Below, piece after piece: positions 27,477-37,816 of a DNA stretch of 64,000 nucleotides. The position numbers and the translations under genes were made by a program. The number at the start of each line of letters is the position of its first letter. Position 1 is the first letter of the stretch. The stretch spans positions 738 through 64,737 of the forward strand of contig JBAXAD010000003.1 of assembly GCA_037142715.1 (NCBI GenBank). The letters run 5' to 3'. Source of the stretch: Paludibacter sp. GTDB lineage: Bacteria > Bacteroidota > Bacteroidia > Bacteroidales > Paludibacteraceae. The notes under the pieces were generated by a model, which ran no database searches, was not told where the DNA came from, and worked only from the letters and a program-made list of their open reading frames with translations.

Positions 27477-30146
27477 ATGAAAAACAAGATTTTACCCTCC
27501 CAATTACCCGAAAAACAAAATGATGAATCTCAAACGCCTGTAATAGAAAATGACATTTTACCACCAAAATCCGAAGTGAAAATATCAAAGAACCTTGTGC
27601 CTGATTTTCTGATTGTGGCAATTGGTGCATCGGCTGGCGGATTGGAAGCATTGGAATCTTTTTTCGAAAATATGCCTCTCAACAATAACATGGCATTCGT
27701 TGTGATTCAGCATCTTGACCCTACCCACAATGGTATTATGCCCGAACTGATGCAACGGTTTACGGCCATGAAGGTTATGCAAGCTACCGATCAACTCAAA
27801 GTGAAACCGAACTGCGTTTATATAATTCCACCCAACAAAAGTATGTCGATTCTGAAAGATACTTTGTATCTTTTTGAGCCTATTGAAACACGTGGACTGC
27901 GCCTTCCAATTGATTATTTTTTCCGTTCGTTGGCACAAGACAGGCTGGATAAGAGTGTTGGCATTATTCTTTCGGGTATGGGCTCCGATGGTACCCTTGG
28001 CATTAAAGCCATAAAAGAAAAAAATGGTGTGGTTCTGGTTCAGGATCCAAGTACGGCAAAATTTGACAGTATGCCACGTTCGGCCATCGAATCGGTTATA
28101 GTGGACATAGTAGCTCCAGCCAATCAGCTGCCATTAAAGTTGATAGAATTTATGAAGTTTATTCCAACAATCAATTTAGATGCAGAAGTGGAGGTGAAAA
28201 ATAAAAGTAATATCGATAAAATTATAATTCTGCTGCGTGAACAGTCGGGACATGATTTTTCGATGTATAAAAAAAACACCCTGTTTCGTCGCATCGAGAG
28301 GCGCAAAGGAGTTCATCAAATTGACCGACTTGAAAATTATGTCCGCTTTTTGCAAGAAAATCCCAAGGAGGTAGAAATTCTTTTCAAAGAACTGCTGATA
28401 GGCGTTACAAGTTTTTTTAGGGACACTGCCGTGTGGGAAAAATTAGAAGCAACCATCTTTCCTGATTTATTGAACGAAATGCCTGATGGTGCTGTGATGC
28501 GTGCTTGGGTGGCTGGTTGTTCTACCGGCGAAGAGGCATATTCACTAGCAATTTTATTCAAAGAATCGGTGGAAAAGCTTAAAAACCGCAGGAATATATC
28601 ATTACAGATTTTTGCTTCCGATTTGGACAGCGATGCCATTGAAATAGCCAGAAAAGGCATTTTCACTAAAAATATAGTTTCCGATGTTTCGCCCGAACGT
28701 CTTAATCGTTTTTTTATTGAAGAAGCTGGCTGCTTCAGGGTTACGAATGCCATACGTGAAATGGTGGTTTTTGCCCCACAAAATGTGATTAAAGATCCGC
28801 CATTTACAAAACTCGACATTTTGACTTGTCGCAATATGTTGATTTACATTGAACCAGAATTACAGAAGAAAATTATTACTTTATTTCATTACAGCCTCAA
28901 TCCAGGTGGAATAATGGTGCTTGGCACTGCCGAAACGCTTGGAAATATGAACATTGGATTTGAGGAAATTGATGGAAGATTGAAATTATTTAAACGAAGC
29001 GTAAATTCAATTTCTCCGGAACTGATTGATTTTCCAAGCTCTTTTCATAGACCAAAAATGGTTTCAAAAGAAAATAATAATACTTCAAAATCCATTGATA
29101 ATATTCAATCCATTGCCGATCAGATACTTCTTCAGAGGTTTACTCCTTCCAGTGTTTTGGTAAATTCCAAAGGCGACATTTTATACATTACTGGTCGCAC
29201 GGGAAATTATTTGGAATTGGTGGCTGGCAAAGCCAACTGGAATATTCACGTTATGGCCAGGGAAGGACTGCGACAGGAACTTCCGGTTGCGTTCCGCAAG
29301 GCCATGCAAAATTATGATCAAGTATTATTGTCAAATCTGAAAATTGGAATTAATGGTGGCAGTGTGTTAGTTAATGTGACAATTCAACGCATTGAAACTC
29401 CAGATTCTATAAAAGGCATGATTATGTTGGTGTTTAATGAAATTCCTTTTGTGCCCGAAATAGTGGATGCTGCAAAAAAACTGAGTAAACACAATTCTAG
29501 TAGGAATAAGGAACTTGAAATTGAACTTCAGCGAAGTTATGAGGATTTGCAAAGTACACGCGAGGAAATGCAAACATCGCAAGAAGAGTTAAAATCTACC
29601 AATGAAGAATTGCAATCTACCAATGAAGAATTGCAATCGACCAACGAAGAGCTGACCACTTCCAAAGAAGAAATGCAGAGCTTGAATGAAGAATTACAAA
29701 CGGTAAATTCAGAACTGCAAACCCGTGTTACCGATTTTATGCAGGCAAGTAACGACATGAAAAACTTGCTCAACAGTACTGAAATTGCCACTTTATTTTT
29801 GGATAAGGACTTAAATATAAGGCGTTTTACCGATTCGGCTACCACCATTTTTAAATTGAGAAATGCCGATGTGGGACGACCATATACCGACCTTGTTTCC
29901 GATTTGCAATACCCCGAAATGGATAAACACGCCCGTCAGGTAATAAGAACATTAACTACTATTGAAACGCCAATAAAAACCAATGATGGGAGATGGTACA
30001 ATGTTCGCATAATGCCATATCGTACACTGGATGACCGCATTGACGGGCTTATAATTACTTTTATGGATATTACATTTGCCAAAAAAATGGAAAATGAATT
30101 GAAGGAAGCCAAAGAGGAACTTTTGAAAAACGACAAAAAGATTTAA
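27477..30146 (+). CDS. CheB methylesterase-CheR methyltransferase-PAS-coiled-coil-PAS fusion
   Basis: CheB triad motifs GASAGG, IQHL, SGMGSDG; CheR motifs GVTSFFRD, WVAGCSTGEEAYSLA, FASDLD, CRNMLIY; (STNEELQ)n heptads; PAS_10-like C-terminus; no kinase domain. Confidence 0.95.
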   Translation: MKNKILPSQLPEKQNDESQTPVIENDILPPKSEVKISKNLVPDFLIVAIGASAGGLEALESFFENMPLNNNMAFVVIQHLDPTHNGIMPELMQRFTAMKVMQATDQLKVKPNCVYIIPPNKSMSILKDTLYLFEPIETRGLRLPIDYFFRSLAQDRLDKSVGIILSGMGSDGTLGIKAIKEKNGVVLVQDPSTAKFDSMPRSAIESVIVDIVAPANQLPLKLIEFMKFIPTINLDAEVEVKNKSNIDKIIILLREQSGHDFSMYKKNTLFRRIERRKGVHQIDRLENYVRFLQENPKEVEILFKELLIGVTSFFRDTAVWEKLEATIFPDLLNEMPDGAVMRAWVAGCSTGEEAYSLAILFKESVEKLKNRRNISLQIFASDLDSDAIEIARKGIFTKNIVSDVSPERLNRFFIEEAGCFRVTNAIREMVVFAPQNVIKDPPFTKLDILTCRNMLIYIEPELQKKIITLFHYSLNPGGIMVLGTAETLGNMNIGFEEIDGRLKLFKRSVNSISPELIDFPSSFHRPKMVSKENNNTSKSIDNIQSIADQILLQRFTPSSVLVNSKGDILYITGRTGNYLELVAGKANWNIHVMAREGLRQELPVAFRKAMQNYDQVLLSNLKIGINGGSVLVNVTIQRIETPDSIKGMIMLVFNEIPFVPEIVDAAKKLSKHNSSRNKELEIELQRSYEDLQSTREEMQTSQEELKSTNEELQSTNEELQSTNEELTTSKEEMQSLNEELQTVNSELQTRVTDFMQASNDMKNLLNSTEIATLFLDKDLNIRRFTDSATTIFKLRNADVGRPYTDLVSDLQYPEMDKHARQVIRTLTTIETPIKTNDGRWYNVRIMPYRTLDDRIDGLIITFMDITFAKKMENELKEAKEELLKNDKKI

Positions 30147-30151
30147 CATAT

Positions 30152-30422
30152 CCGCTTATCCGCTTTTTTGCGGTTTGTTGGATGATTGGAAGATAAGAGG
30201 AAAACCAAGAGTGCGTTAAAGACAACCTAACGCGTCCAACCGAAAAAAAATCGGTTGGACGCTACTAAACCGCTCAACCGCTTTCTCAGCGGTTTGTCGG
30301 ATGAATGGAAGATAAGGTAGAACCCGAAAGCATTAAAGACAACCTAACGCGTCAAACCGAAAAAAATCGGTTGGACGCTACTGAAACCTAACACTTCCAA
30401 CCGAAAAAAATCGGTTGGTAGC
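30152..30422. repeat. Left REP/BIME-like array: B-A-B-A-A hairpins
   Basis: REP-B at 30152 and 30270; REP-A (GCGTC(C/A)AACCG-A7/8-TCGGTTGGACGC) at 30232, 30349 and degenerate at 30393. A ~118-bp unit is duplicated. Confidence 0.92.
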
Positions 30423-30440
30423 TATAAAAAATAAGATATT

Positions 30441-31025
30441 ATGTATTTTACAAAAGACTGTACATACCATGTTTACAACCGGAGTAATGGACTTTTATTT
30501 CATAATAGGGAGAATTACATTTTCTTTCTGAAAAAGATTAGAATTCATATTCTACCTTTTGCGGATATTTTGTCTTATTGTTTAATGCCCAATCATTTTC
30601 ATTTAATACTGACTGCAAAAGCAGAAGGTGTTGTTTTTTTAGAAAATGAAAGATTGAAAGATTTACAACAATTATCACGGGGAATAGGAACGGTTTTGAG
30701 TTCATATACTCAAGCTGTAAACAAGCAGCAAGGCAATAAAGGATGTCTTTTTGCACACAAAACAAAAGCAAAGATTCTGAATGATGCAAAAGATGATTAT
30801 GCGTTAAATTGTTATATGTATGTACATCAAAATCCTTATCTAGCAAAATTGGTTGATAAAATTGAGGACTGGGAATTTTCCTCTTTCCTAGATTATATTG
30901 GGAGAAGAAACGGAACTTTAGTTAATAAACAAATGGGGATTGATATTTTTCAAGTACCCAAAAATCAGGTTTATGAACTTACCTATATAATGATGCAGGA
31001 CAAGTTCGATGAAGATTTTAATTGA
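30441..31025 (+). CDS. REP-associated tyrosine transposase (RAYT, HUH/Y1 family)
   Basis: YHVYNR, YCLMPNHFHLIL (HUH), YVHQNP (candidate catalytic Tyr) and WEFSSF motifs. Confidence 0.9.
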   Translation: MYFTKDCTYHVYNRSNGLLFHNRENYIFFLKKIRIHILPFADILSYCLMPNHFHLILTAKAEGVVFLENERLKDLQQLSRGIGTVLSSYTQAVNKQQGNKGCLFAHKTKAKILNDAKDDYALNCYMYVHQNPYLAKLVDKIEDWEFSSFLDYIGRRNGTLVNKQMGIDIFQVPKNQVYELTYIMMQDKFDEDFN

Positions 31026-31033
31026 TGCTGGAA

Positions 31034-31190
31034 ATCCGCATAACCGCTTTTTTTTGCGGTTTGTCGGATGAATTGTTAGAAGGATGCTGGAGGCTACTGA
31101 AACCTAACGCGTCAAACCGAAAAAAATCGGTTGGACGCTACTGAAACTAACGCGTCAAACCGAAAAAATCGGTTGTACGCTACTGAAAAC
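31034..31190. repeat. Right REP array: B-A-A hairpins
   Basis: ATCCGCATAACCGC-T-run-GCGGTTTGTCGGAT at 31034, then REP-A at 31109 and 31152, each followed by TACTGAAA. Confidence 0.92.
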
Positions 31191-31213
31191 AAAATTACTT
31201 ATTCACTAAATTT

Positions 31214-34200
31214 ATGGAAACTAATAACATCAAAATTCTGGCTATCGATGATAATCTTGAAAATTTAATGATTATTAAATCATTGATTTTAAAGGAATTT
31301 CCAAAGGCATTGTTTTTAACTGCTCCTAATGGAAAAAAAGGATTGGAAATAGCTACAGCTCAATACCCTGATGTTATTTTGATGGACATTCTTATGCCCG
31401 ATATGGACGGTTTTGAAGTGTGTGAGTTTCTTAATGCAGACCCTATACTAGTTGATATTCCGGTGGCAATTGTTACAAATGTAAAAGGGACTAACGAAAT
31501 ACGGATACGTGCCATGGAAGTGGGAGCTACAGCTTATTTGGAGAAACCTGTTGACATGAAGGAGCTTGCGATGCAGATACGTGCCATGTTGAAAATTAAA
31601 ATTGCAAATGTTGCTAGACGTACTGAAAATGAGCGACTTGAAGTTTTGGTGGAAGAACGAACCCGCGAATTACTGGAAACCCACAAAGCAACGCTACATT
31701 TATTGGAAGAGTTGAAAAACGAGAATGAAGCTCGCCGAAATAGCGAAGAAGCATTGCGGTTAAATGAGGAGAAGTATCGATTCATGACCGAAAATTCCAG
31801 CGATGTCATCTGGCATTTAGACAGCAATTATTGTTGTGATTATATCAGTCCAGCCGATGAGCGAATGCGTGGTTTTAGTAAAGAAGAAATGTTAGGCAAA
31901 TCGATATTGTCGATACTTAAACCAGAAGGTTATGAACAGGTTAAGCAAGTAACTGCACAGCGGTTGAAAGACGAAAAAAACGGGATTTTTAGCAATACCT
32001 ATCAATATGAATTTGAACAAATCTGCAAAGATGGTAGTTGGATCTGGATTGAAACAAATTCTACAGCTCACTTCAATGAAGCTGGAGAACATGTTGGATT
32101 TCATGGAGTTACGCGTAATATTTCTGAGAGAAAAGCAGCGCAGGCGGCTATACGTGAAAGCGAGGAGAAATACCGAATTATAACCGAACAATCGCCCATT
32201 GCCATTGAGTTGTATAATTCAGATGGCAAACTTGCAAATGCAAACAAAGCGTGCTTGGAGTTGTTTGGAATAATTAACCCTGAAAATATTAAAGGATTTT
32301 CATTGTTTGATGATCCAAATATTTCTGAGTTTCACAAAAATGAATTGAAGCAAGGTAGATCAATTAACTATCAAGATGAATTCGATTTTGATAAAGTAAA
32401 AGAATTGAACCTTTATAAAACAAGCAAATCAGGAAAAATTTACCTCGACACAATTATTACCCCAATAACAAAAGAAGGAAAAAATGAAACTGAATACTTA
32501 GTTCAAATACAAGACATTACAGAAAGAATACAAGTTGAATCTCAACTAAAAAAATTAAGTAATCACTATCAGAAAATTATTGAAAATGCACCCGACGGAA
32601 TTGTGTTAATTAATACCAACGGTGAATTCAAATACATTAGCACATCGGCCAAGCGAATGTTAGGGTATGATATTACGGAAGAAATTAACTCAACTCCCTA
32701 TGACTTAACACACCCTGACGATTTACCAAACGTGCTATTTACAATTGATAAACTATTACATGACTTCACTTTATGTCCGTTATTGCAATATCGTTTTTTG
32801 AATAAAGTGGGTGTTTGGATCTGGATTGAAAGTAAATTCACTGTTCAAATTGATGATTCAAATGAGGTTTTTATAATAATTAATTTTCGAGATATAACCG
32901 AACAAAGAAAAGCCGATGAGGAGCTTTCTCAAACCCGACTAAATTACGAAACATTTTTCAATACGATTGATGATTTTCTATTTGTACTTGATGTGCAGGG
33001 AAATATAATTCACACCAATAATACGGTAAATAACAGGTTATTGTATTCGAAAGAAGAGCTTTTAGGAAAATCGGTATTGGAAGTTAATCCCGCAGACCGA
33101 CGCGAAGAAGCTGGCAAAATAGTAGGTGAAATGCTCAGTGGACTTGCCGAAACTTGCCCTGTGCCAATTGTCACAAAATCGGGAGTACAAATACCCGTAG
33201 AAACTAGGGTTACGCATGGATTTTGGAACGGAGAGCCAGTGATTTTTGGCGTTACCAAAGATGTTTCGAAAGTGAAATTGTCCGAAGAAAAATTCTCCAA
33301 AGTGTTTCATGTCAATCCTTCGGCATGTACATTATCCGAAATGGATAATTATAAATATGTAGAAGTAAATGAGGCATTTTACAAGCTGTTTGGTTTTGAT
33401 AAGGACGAAGTTATTGGAAAATCGGCTATAGAGTTGGGAATTATTAGTCCTGAATCTTATCATAAAAATATAAACTCAGGAGATGCATTTGGTAATGTAT
33501 ATAATATAGAAAGCATTGGGAAAACTAAAACCGGAGATGAAAAACAGGTTTTAATTTCTTCCGAAAACATAAATGTACAAGATAAAAGCTACCGTTTCAC
33601 TTTAATTCAGGACATTACCGATCGGAAATTAGCAGAAGAATCACTCAGGGAAAGGGAAGGGAAATATCGGTTTATGTTTGCAAATAATCCACAACCGATG
33701 TTTATTTATGATTTGGAAACTCTCGCATTTTTGGAAGTAAACCAATCAGCCATAAACCATTATGGATATTCGAGAGAGGAATTTCTTGCCATGTCAATAA
33801 AAGACATTCGCCCAGAAGAAGATTTACCCGCATTTTTGGAAGACGTTGAAAAAGCAAAGCTAACCTTCATAAGTACTTCCAATGATTGGAAACACATAAA
33901 GAAAAACGGAGAGTTGATTTACGTACAAGTTACTGCACTTTCAATTATCTCGAATGGTAGAAATGCGCGTCACATAATGGTGAATGACATTACCGACCGC
34001 AAAAATGCCGAAAAAGAGTTGCGCGAAAGTGAGTCTAAATACTTCAACCTATATTCACTTATTCGATCAATGAGCGATACCATGCCCGACATGCTATGGG
34101 CCAAGGATTTGAATAATAACTATATATTTACAAACAAGGCATTTAGCAAAATAATACTTAATGCTACTGATACTTCTGAAGCAATTGGTAAAAACGATAT

Positions 34201-37200
34201 TTTCTTTGCCTTGCGAGAACGTGAAACCCACATTGAAAATCCTGAATGGCATACTTTTGGCGATATTTGCGCCAATACAGATGTCCTTACATTGCAAGAA
34301 ATGAAACCCATGCGGTTTGATGAATATGGAAATGTAAAAGGCAAATTTATATATTTGGATGTTGATAAAGCGCCATTGTATAATAGCAATAACGAACTAA
34401 TTGGAGTTGTGGGTTCTGGACGTGATGTAACACAAAAGAAGGAAGTAGAAAAAAATCTCAGGCATCTAGCACGCCTTTATGCATTGCTAAGTGAAATAAA
34501 TAGAGCCATTGTTAAGCATAAAAATCAGGACGAACTTTTTGATACTATATGTAAAGTAGCCATAGAATTCGGTCAATTTCGGATGGCATGGTTTGGCAAA
34601 TACGATGAAGATATATGTAAGATTATTCCCATAATATCAGCAGGTTACAGCGATGGTTATTTGGATTTACTACGTCTTGACCCCAACTCCAAAACCAATG
34701 GGAAAGGACCTACCGGCAGGGCATTTCATGAAGGGGAAATTGTATTTTGTAACGATATTGCCAATGACCCAATGATGCAACCATGGAAAGATCAGGCACT
34801 TAAACGTGGTTATCAATCATCGTTTGCAGCACCTATTTTGCGAGGCGGAAAACCTTACGGAACTTTTACGCTTTATGCCTCTGAAGTGGGGTTCTTTAAT
34901 AATGATGAACAAAAACTGTTGGCAGAAATTGGACAAAACATTTCTTATGCCATCGATGCCATCGATTCTGAATTGGAGCGCATACAAATTCAGCAAGATT
35001 TGGAAATTAGTGAGCTAAAATACAGAGAGTTGATGGAAAACTCGCCCGAAGGAATCACTATATATGTTGACGGAAAAGTGGCATACATCAACAAGGAAGC
35101 CATGCGATTGATGAGGGCAAAAGATAAGAACAACTTATTGGGCAAAACAATTGTAGATTTTATTCATCCCGACAATCAAGCCTTGGTATTGGAGCGCATG
35201 CAATATGTGGCAATGGCACCTTTGTATGCCATTTTGCCATCGGTGGAAGAAAAATATATCAGACTTGATGGTACAGAAGTGTATGTGGAAATTAAAGTGA
35301 TGCCCATTCTTTATGATGGAAAACCAGCCATACAATTGTCAGGTCATGACATTTCGGATCGGAAAAATGCTGAAATGGCCCTTGCAGATACCATGACGGA
35401 ATTAAAAACCATATACGATAACTCGCCTGTAATGATGTGCGTGGTGGACGAAAAGGCTGACATACAATTTGCTAATCAGGCTTTTGCCCATTTATCTGAA
35501 ACTATTAAGAGCGAATTGAAGGGCGAACAAGTGGGCGATGTGATGGGATGTGTTCAGGCTTTAGAGAACAATGCTGGATGTGGTTTTGGAAAACTATGTG
35601 GCAATTGTGGATTAAGAGGCGCTATGTTGAATACACTTAAAACTGGCAAAGGACATAACAATATTGAGCATAAATCTACTTTGGTGCGCGATGGAATACA
35701 TGTAGATGTTTTCCTTCTAGCTTCTACTGCGTTAATACTTACAGGTAAAACCAAGCGTCTTCTTTTGTGTTTGGTAGACATAACAAATCGTAAACAAGCC
35801 GAAGAAGCCCTTCAAAAAAGTGAAGAGAAGTACCGATTGCTTGCAGAAAATATGCATGATGGAATTTTATCATTTGGGGCTGATAACAAAATTAATTATG
35901 TGTCAGCATCTTATATTAAACAACTTGGTTATTCAGAGAAGACGCAGCTTGATAAGGGCGTAACTGATATATTTTCAATCATTCATCCTGAAGATCGTGA
36001 TGAAGTGTTTGCAAATATATTTGATGCGATAGAAAAAAAGAAACCTCAATTGGTTTATTCTTATAGAGTTAAACATTTTTTAGGACATTATATTTGGCGT
36101 GAAGATAGTACAAAATTCAATTACGATGACGATGGAAATTATGCTGGCGCTTATTTAGTCTGTCGTGATATTACTATTCGAAAACAAACACAAGAAGCAT
36201 TACAACTAAGTGAAATTCATTTGAATAACTTGTTTGAGTTTTCGCCAATTTCTATTTGGGAAGAAGATTTTTCTGAGATTAAAAATTATTTTGACGAATT
36301 GAAAGGTCAAGGAATAGCTGATTTTAGAGAGTTTTTGACTAGTAATCCCCACGAGGTAGAAAAGCTAGCAATGCTTATAAAAGTTGCGAAAGTGAATGAA
36401 ACGAGCGTTAAAATTTTTGGTGCTGATACCAAAGAAGAGCTAATTTCTAGCTTGCCCTTTGCCTTTAGCCACATCAATGTGCCTGTGTTTCTGGAAGAGT
36501 TTGTAGCATTGGCCGAAGGAAAAATCCATTTTGAGGGCGAAACGCAAATTGATACTTTGAAGGGAGAAAAGAGGAACTTTTGGTTGAACCTCACCGTGAT
36601 GCCCGACTATGAAGACACGTTGTCTAAAGTGCTGGTTACGTTTATTGACATTACTGAGCGGAAGCAGGCGGAAGATGCACTTCAGAAAAGTGAAATGTTT
36701 TTAAGGACATTTATCGACAATACTCCTTTTGAAATTTGGGCCAGAGATGTCAATAATATTGGAATACTGGAAAACAAAAAAGTGGTGGACCATTATGGAT
36801 CTATATTAGGCAAACAGCCGAATGAACTTTCAATACAAGATAGGAAACTGGGGAAAACTTGGGAAAGTCAAAACGTTCGGGTTTTTAAAGGTGAAATGAT
36901 AGATGAAGTTGTTGAGTTTAAGGAAAACAAAGAATTGTTATTCTATCAAAAAATCAGTTTTCCTATTATCAACAAGTCAGAAATCATAGGTATTGCGGGC
37001 TTTAATATTGACATCACCGAACGGAAGCGTGCCGATGAAGCATTAAGAATATCGCAAGTTCAATTGAAGCAATTTGCAGCTCATCTTCAGGATGTGCGTG
37101 AAGAAGAAAAGAAAATACTGGCCCGTGAAATTCACGATGAATTAGGTCAAATTCTGGTAGCTCTTAAAATTGATTTAGGATTATTGAAACAAAAAGTAGT

Positions 37201-37726
37201 AAGAAAATTTGAGGATACAGATCCAGGTGATTTAATTACAAAATTTGACCACCTGTATGTTTTAGTGGACGATACCATTAAAACTACCCGGAAAATAATG
37301 ACCAACTTGCGGCCGGAAGTGCTTGATCTGCTCGGATTTATGGATGCCGTGAAATTATACAGCCGTGACTTTAAGGAAAGACATCGGATGGAATGTAATT
37401 TTACTTGCAACATTACGAAACTTGAAATTCAACCTCAGCACTCTATGGCATTGTTCAGAATTGTGCAGGAGTCGCTCACCAACGTAGCAAAACATGCCAA
37501 AGCAAGTACGGTGAGTATCACTTTGGAATTTCTGAATGATAAACTCGTCTTGAAAATAATAGACAACGGTGTGGGCTTTGATGAAAATCACAAAGGACGA
37601 TCCGATTCGTATGGAATGATTGGTATGAAGGAGCGCGTTTTTCTGTTGGATGGCGAATTGAGTATTGTAGGAAAACTGGGAATTGGCACCACTGTAAAGG
37701 TTTCGATGCCTTATAAAGAAGCGTGA
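31214..37726 (+). CDS. HK1: REC-(about 12 PAS)-GAF-HisKA_3-HATPase cytoplasmic histidine kinase, 2170 aa
   Basis: REC (IDDN, MDILMPDMDG, EKP), repeated PAS/PAC units ending DIT.RK, a GAF segment, H-box AREIHDELGQ, and DNGVGF/GMIGMKER. Confidence 0.93.
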   Translation: METNNIKILAIDDNLENLMIIKSLILKEFPKALFLTAPNGKKGLEIATAQYPDVILMDILMPDMDGFEVCEFLNADPILVDIPVAIVTNVKGTNEIRIRAMEVGATAYLEKPVDMKELAMQIRAMLKIKIANVARRTENERLEVLVEERTRELLETHKATLHLLEELKNENEARRNSEEALRLNEEKYRFMTENSSDVIWHLDSNYCCDYISPADERMRGFSKEEMLGKSILSILKPEGYEQVKQVTAQRLKDEKNGIFSNTYQYEFEQICKDGSWIWIETNSTAHFNEAGEHVGFHGVTRNISERKAAQAAIRESEEKYRIITEQSPIAIELYNSDGKLANANKACLELFGIINPENIKGFSLFDDPNISEFHKNELKQGRSINYQDEFDFDKVKELNLYKTSKSGKIYLDTIITPITKEGKNETEYLVQIQDITERIQVESQLKKLSNHYQKIIENAPDGIVLINTNGEFKYISTSAKRMLGYDITEEINSTPYDLTHPDDLPNVLFTIDKLLHDFTLCPLLQYRFLNKVGVWIWIESKFTVQIDDSNEVFIIINFRDITEQRKADEELSQTRLNYETFFNTIDDFLFVLDVQGNIIHTNNTVNNRLLYSKEELLGKSVLEVNPADRREEAGKIVGEMLSGLAETCPVPIVTKSGVQIPVETRVTHGFWNGEPVIFGVTKDVSKVKLSEEKFSKVFHVNPSACTLSEMDNYKYVEVNEAFYKLFGFDKDEVIGKSAIELGIISPESYHKNINSGDAFGNVYNIESIGKTKTGDEKQVLISSENINVQDKSYRFTLIQDITDRKLAEESLREREGKYRFMFANNPQPMFIYDLETLAFLEVNQSAINHYGYSREEFLAMSIKDIRPEEDLPAFLEDVEKAKLTFISTSNDWKHIKKNGELIYVQVTALSIISNGRNARHIMVNDITDRKNAEKELRESESKYFNLYSLIRSMSDTMPDMLWAKDLNNNYIFTNKAFSKIILNATDTSEAIGKNDIFFALRERETHIENPEWHTFGDICANTDVLTLQEMKPMRFDEYGNVKGKFIYLDVDKAPLYNSNNELIGVVGSGRDVTQKKEVEKNLRHLARLYALLSEINRAIVKHKNQDELFDTICKVAIEFGQFRMAWFGKYDEDICKIIPIISAGYSDGYLDLLRLDPNSKTNGKGPTGRAFHEGEIVFCNDIANDPMMQPWKDQALKRGYQSSFAAPILRGGKPYGTFTLYASEVGFFNNDEQKLLAEIGQNISYAIDAIDSELERIQIQQDLEISELKYRELMENSPEGITIYVDGKVAYINKEAMRLMRAKDKNNLLGKTIVDFIHPDNQALVLERMQYVAMAPLYAILPSVEEKYIRLDGTEVYVEIKVMPILYDGKPAIQLSGHDISDRKNAEMALADTMTELKTIYDNSPVMMCVVDEKADIQFANQAFAHLSETIKSELKGEQVGDVMGCVQALENNAGCGFGKLCGNCGLRGAMLNTLKTGKGHNNIEHKSTLVRDGIHVDVFLLASTALILTGKTKRLLLCLVDITNRKQAEEALQKSEEKYRLLAENMHDGILSFGADNKINYVSASYIKQLGYSEKTQLDKGVTDIFSIIHPEDRDEVFANIFDAIEKKKPQLVYSYRVKHFLGHYIWREDSTKFNYDDDGNYAGAYLVCRDITIRKQTQEALQLSEIHLNNLFEFSPISIWEEDFSEIKNYFDELKGQGIADFREFLTSNPHEVEKLAMLIKVAKVNETSVKIFGADTKEELISSLPFAFSHINVPVFLEEFVALAEGKIHFEGETQIDTLKGEKRNFWLNLTVMPDYEDTLSKVLVTFIDITERKQAEDALQKSEMFLRTFIDNTPFEIWARDVNNIGILENKKVVDHYGSILGKQPNELSIQDRKLGKTWESQNVRVFKGEMIDEVVEFKENKELLFYQKISFPIINKSEIIGIAGFNIDITERKRADEALRISQVQLKQFAAHLQDVREEEKKILAREIHDELGQILVALKIDLGLLKQKVVRKFEDTDPGDLITKFDHLYVLVDDTIKTTRKIMTNLRPEVLDLLGFMDAVKLYSRDFKERHRMECNFTCNITKLEIQPQHSMALFRIVQESLTNVAKHAKASTVSITLEFLNDKLVLKIIDNGVGFDENHKGRSDSYGMIGMKERVFLLDGELSIVGKLGIGTTVKVSMPYKEA

Positions 37727-37816
37727 ATTGTGATTGGAAATAGGATTTTGTAGAATACAAGATTCCAAAAACCCTTTACAATTTAACATTAAAAATTTCA
37801 ATTTCCAGAATTCATT

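Larger units (their letters stand above)
30152..31190. mobile_element. REP-RAYT locus (REPtron-like) inserted between cheBR and the first kinase
   Basis: Y1 HUH transposase gene flanked on both sides by GTAG-footed hairpins. Confidence 0.85.

Noticed and set aside
29592-29655. 21-bp tandem repeat as a phase-variable VNTR
   Set aside because: In-frame and fully explained by the STNEELQ heptad typical of CheBR fusions.
27477-30146. Classical chemotaxis operon
   Set aside because: No MCP, CheA, CheW, CheY or flagellar genes in the window; CheB lacks a receiver and is fused to CheR.
30441-31025. Autonomous IS200/IS605 element
   Set aside because: No tnpB, and multiple dispersed GTAG-footed hairpins rather than single left/right ends. 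Motifs fit RAYT better.
30152-31190. Repeat-spacer pattern resembling a CRISPR array
   Set aside because: Spacers are themselves duplicated and irregular, there are two hairpin types, no cas genes are present, and a RAYT gene sits in the middle. REP array explains it.
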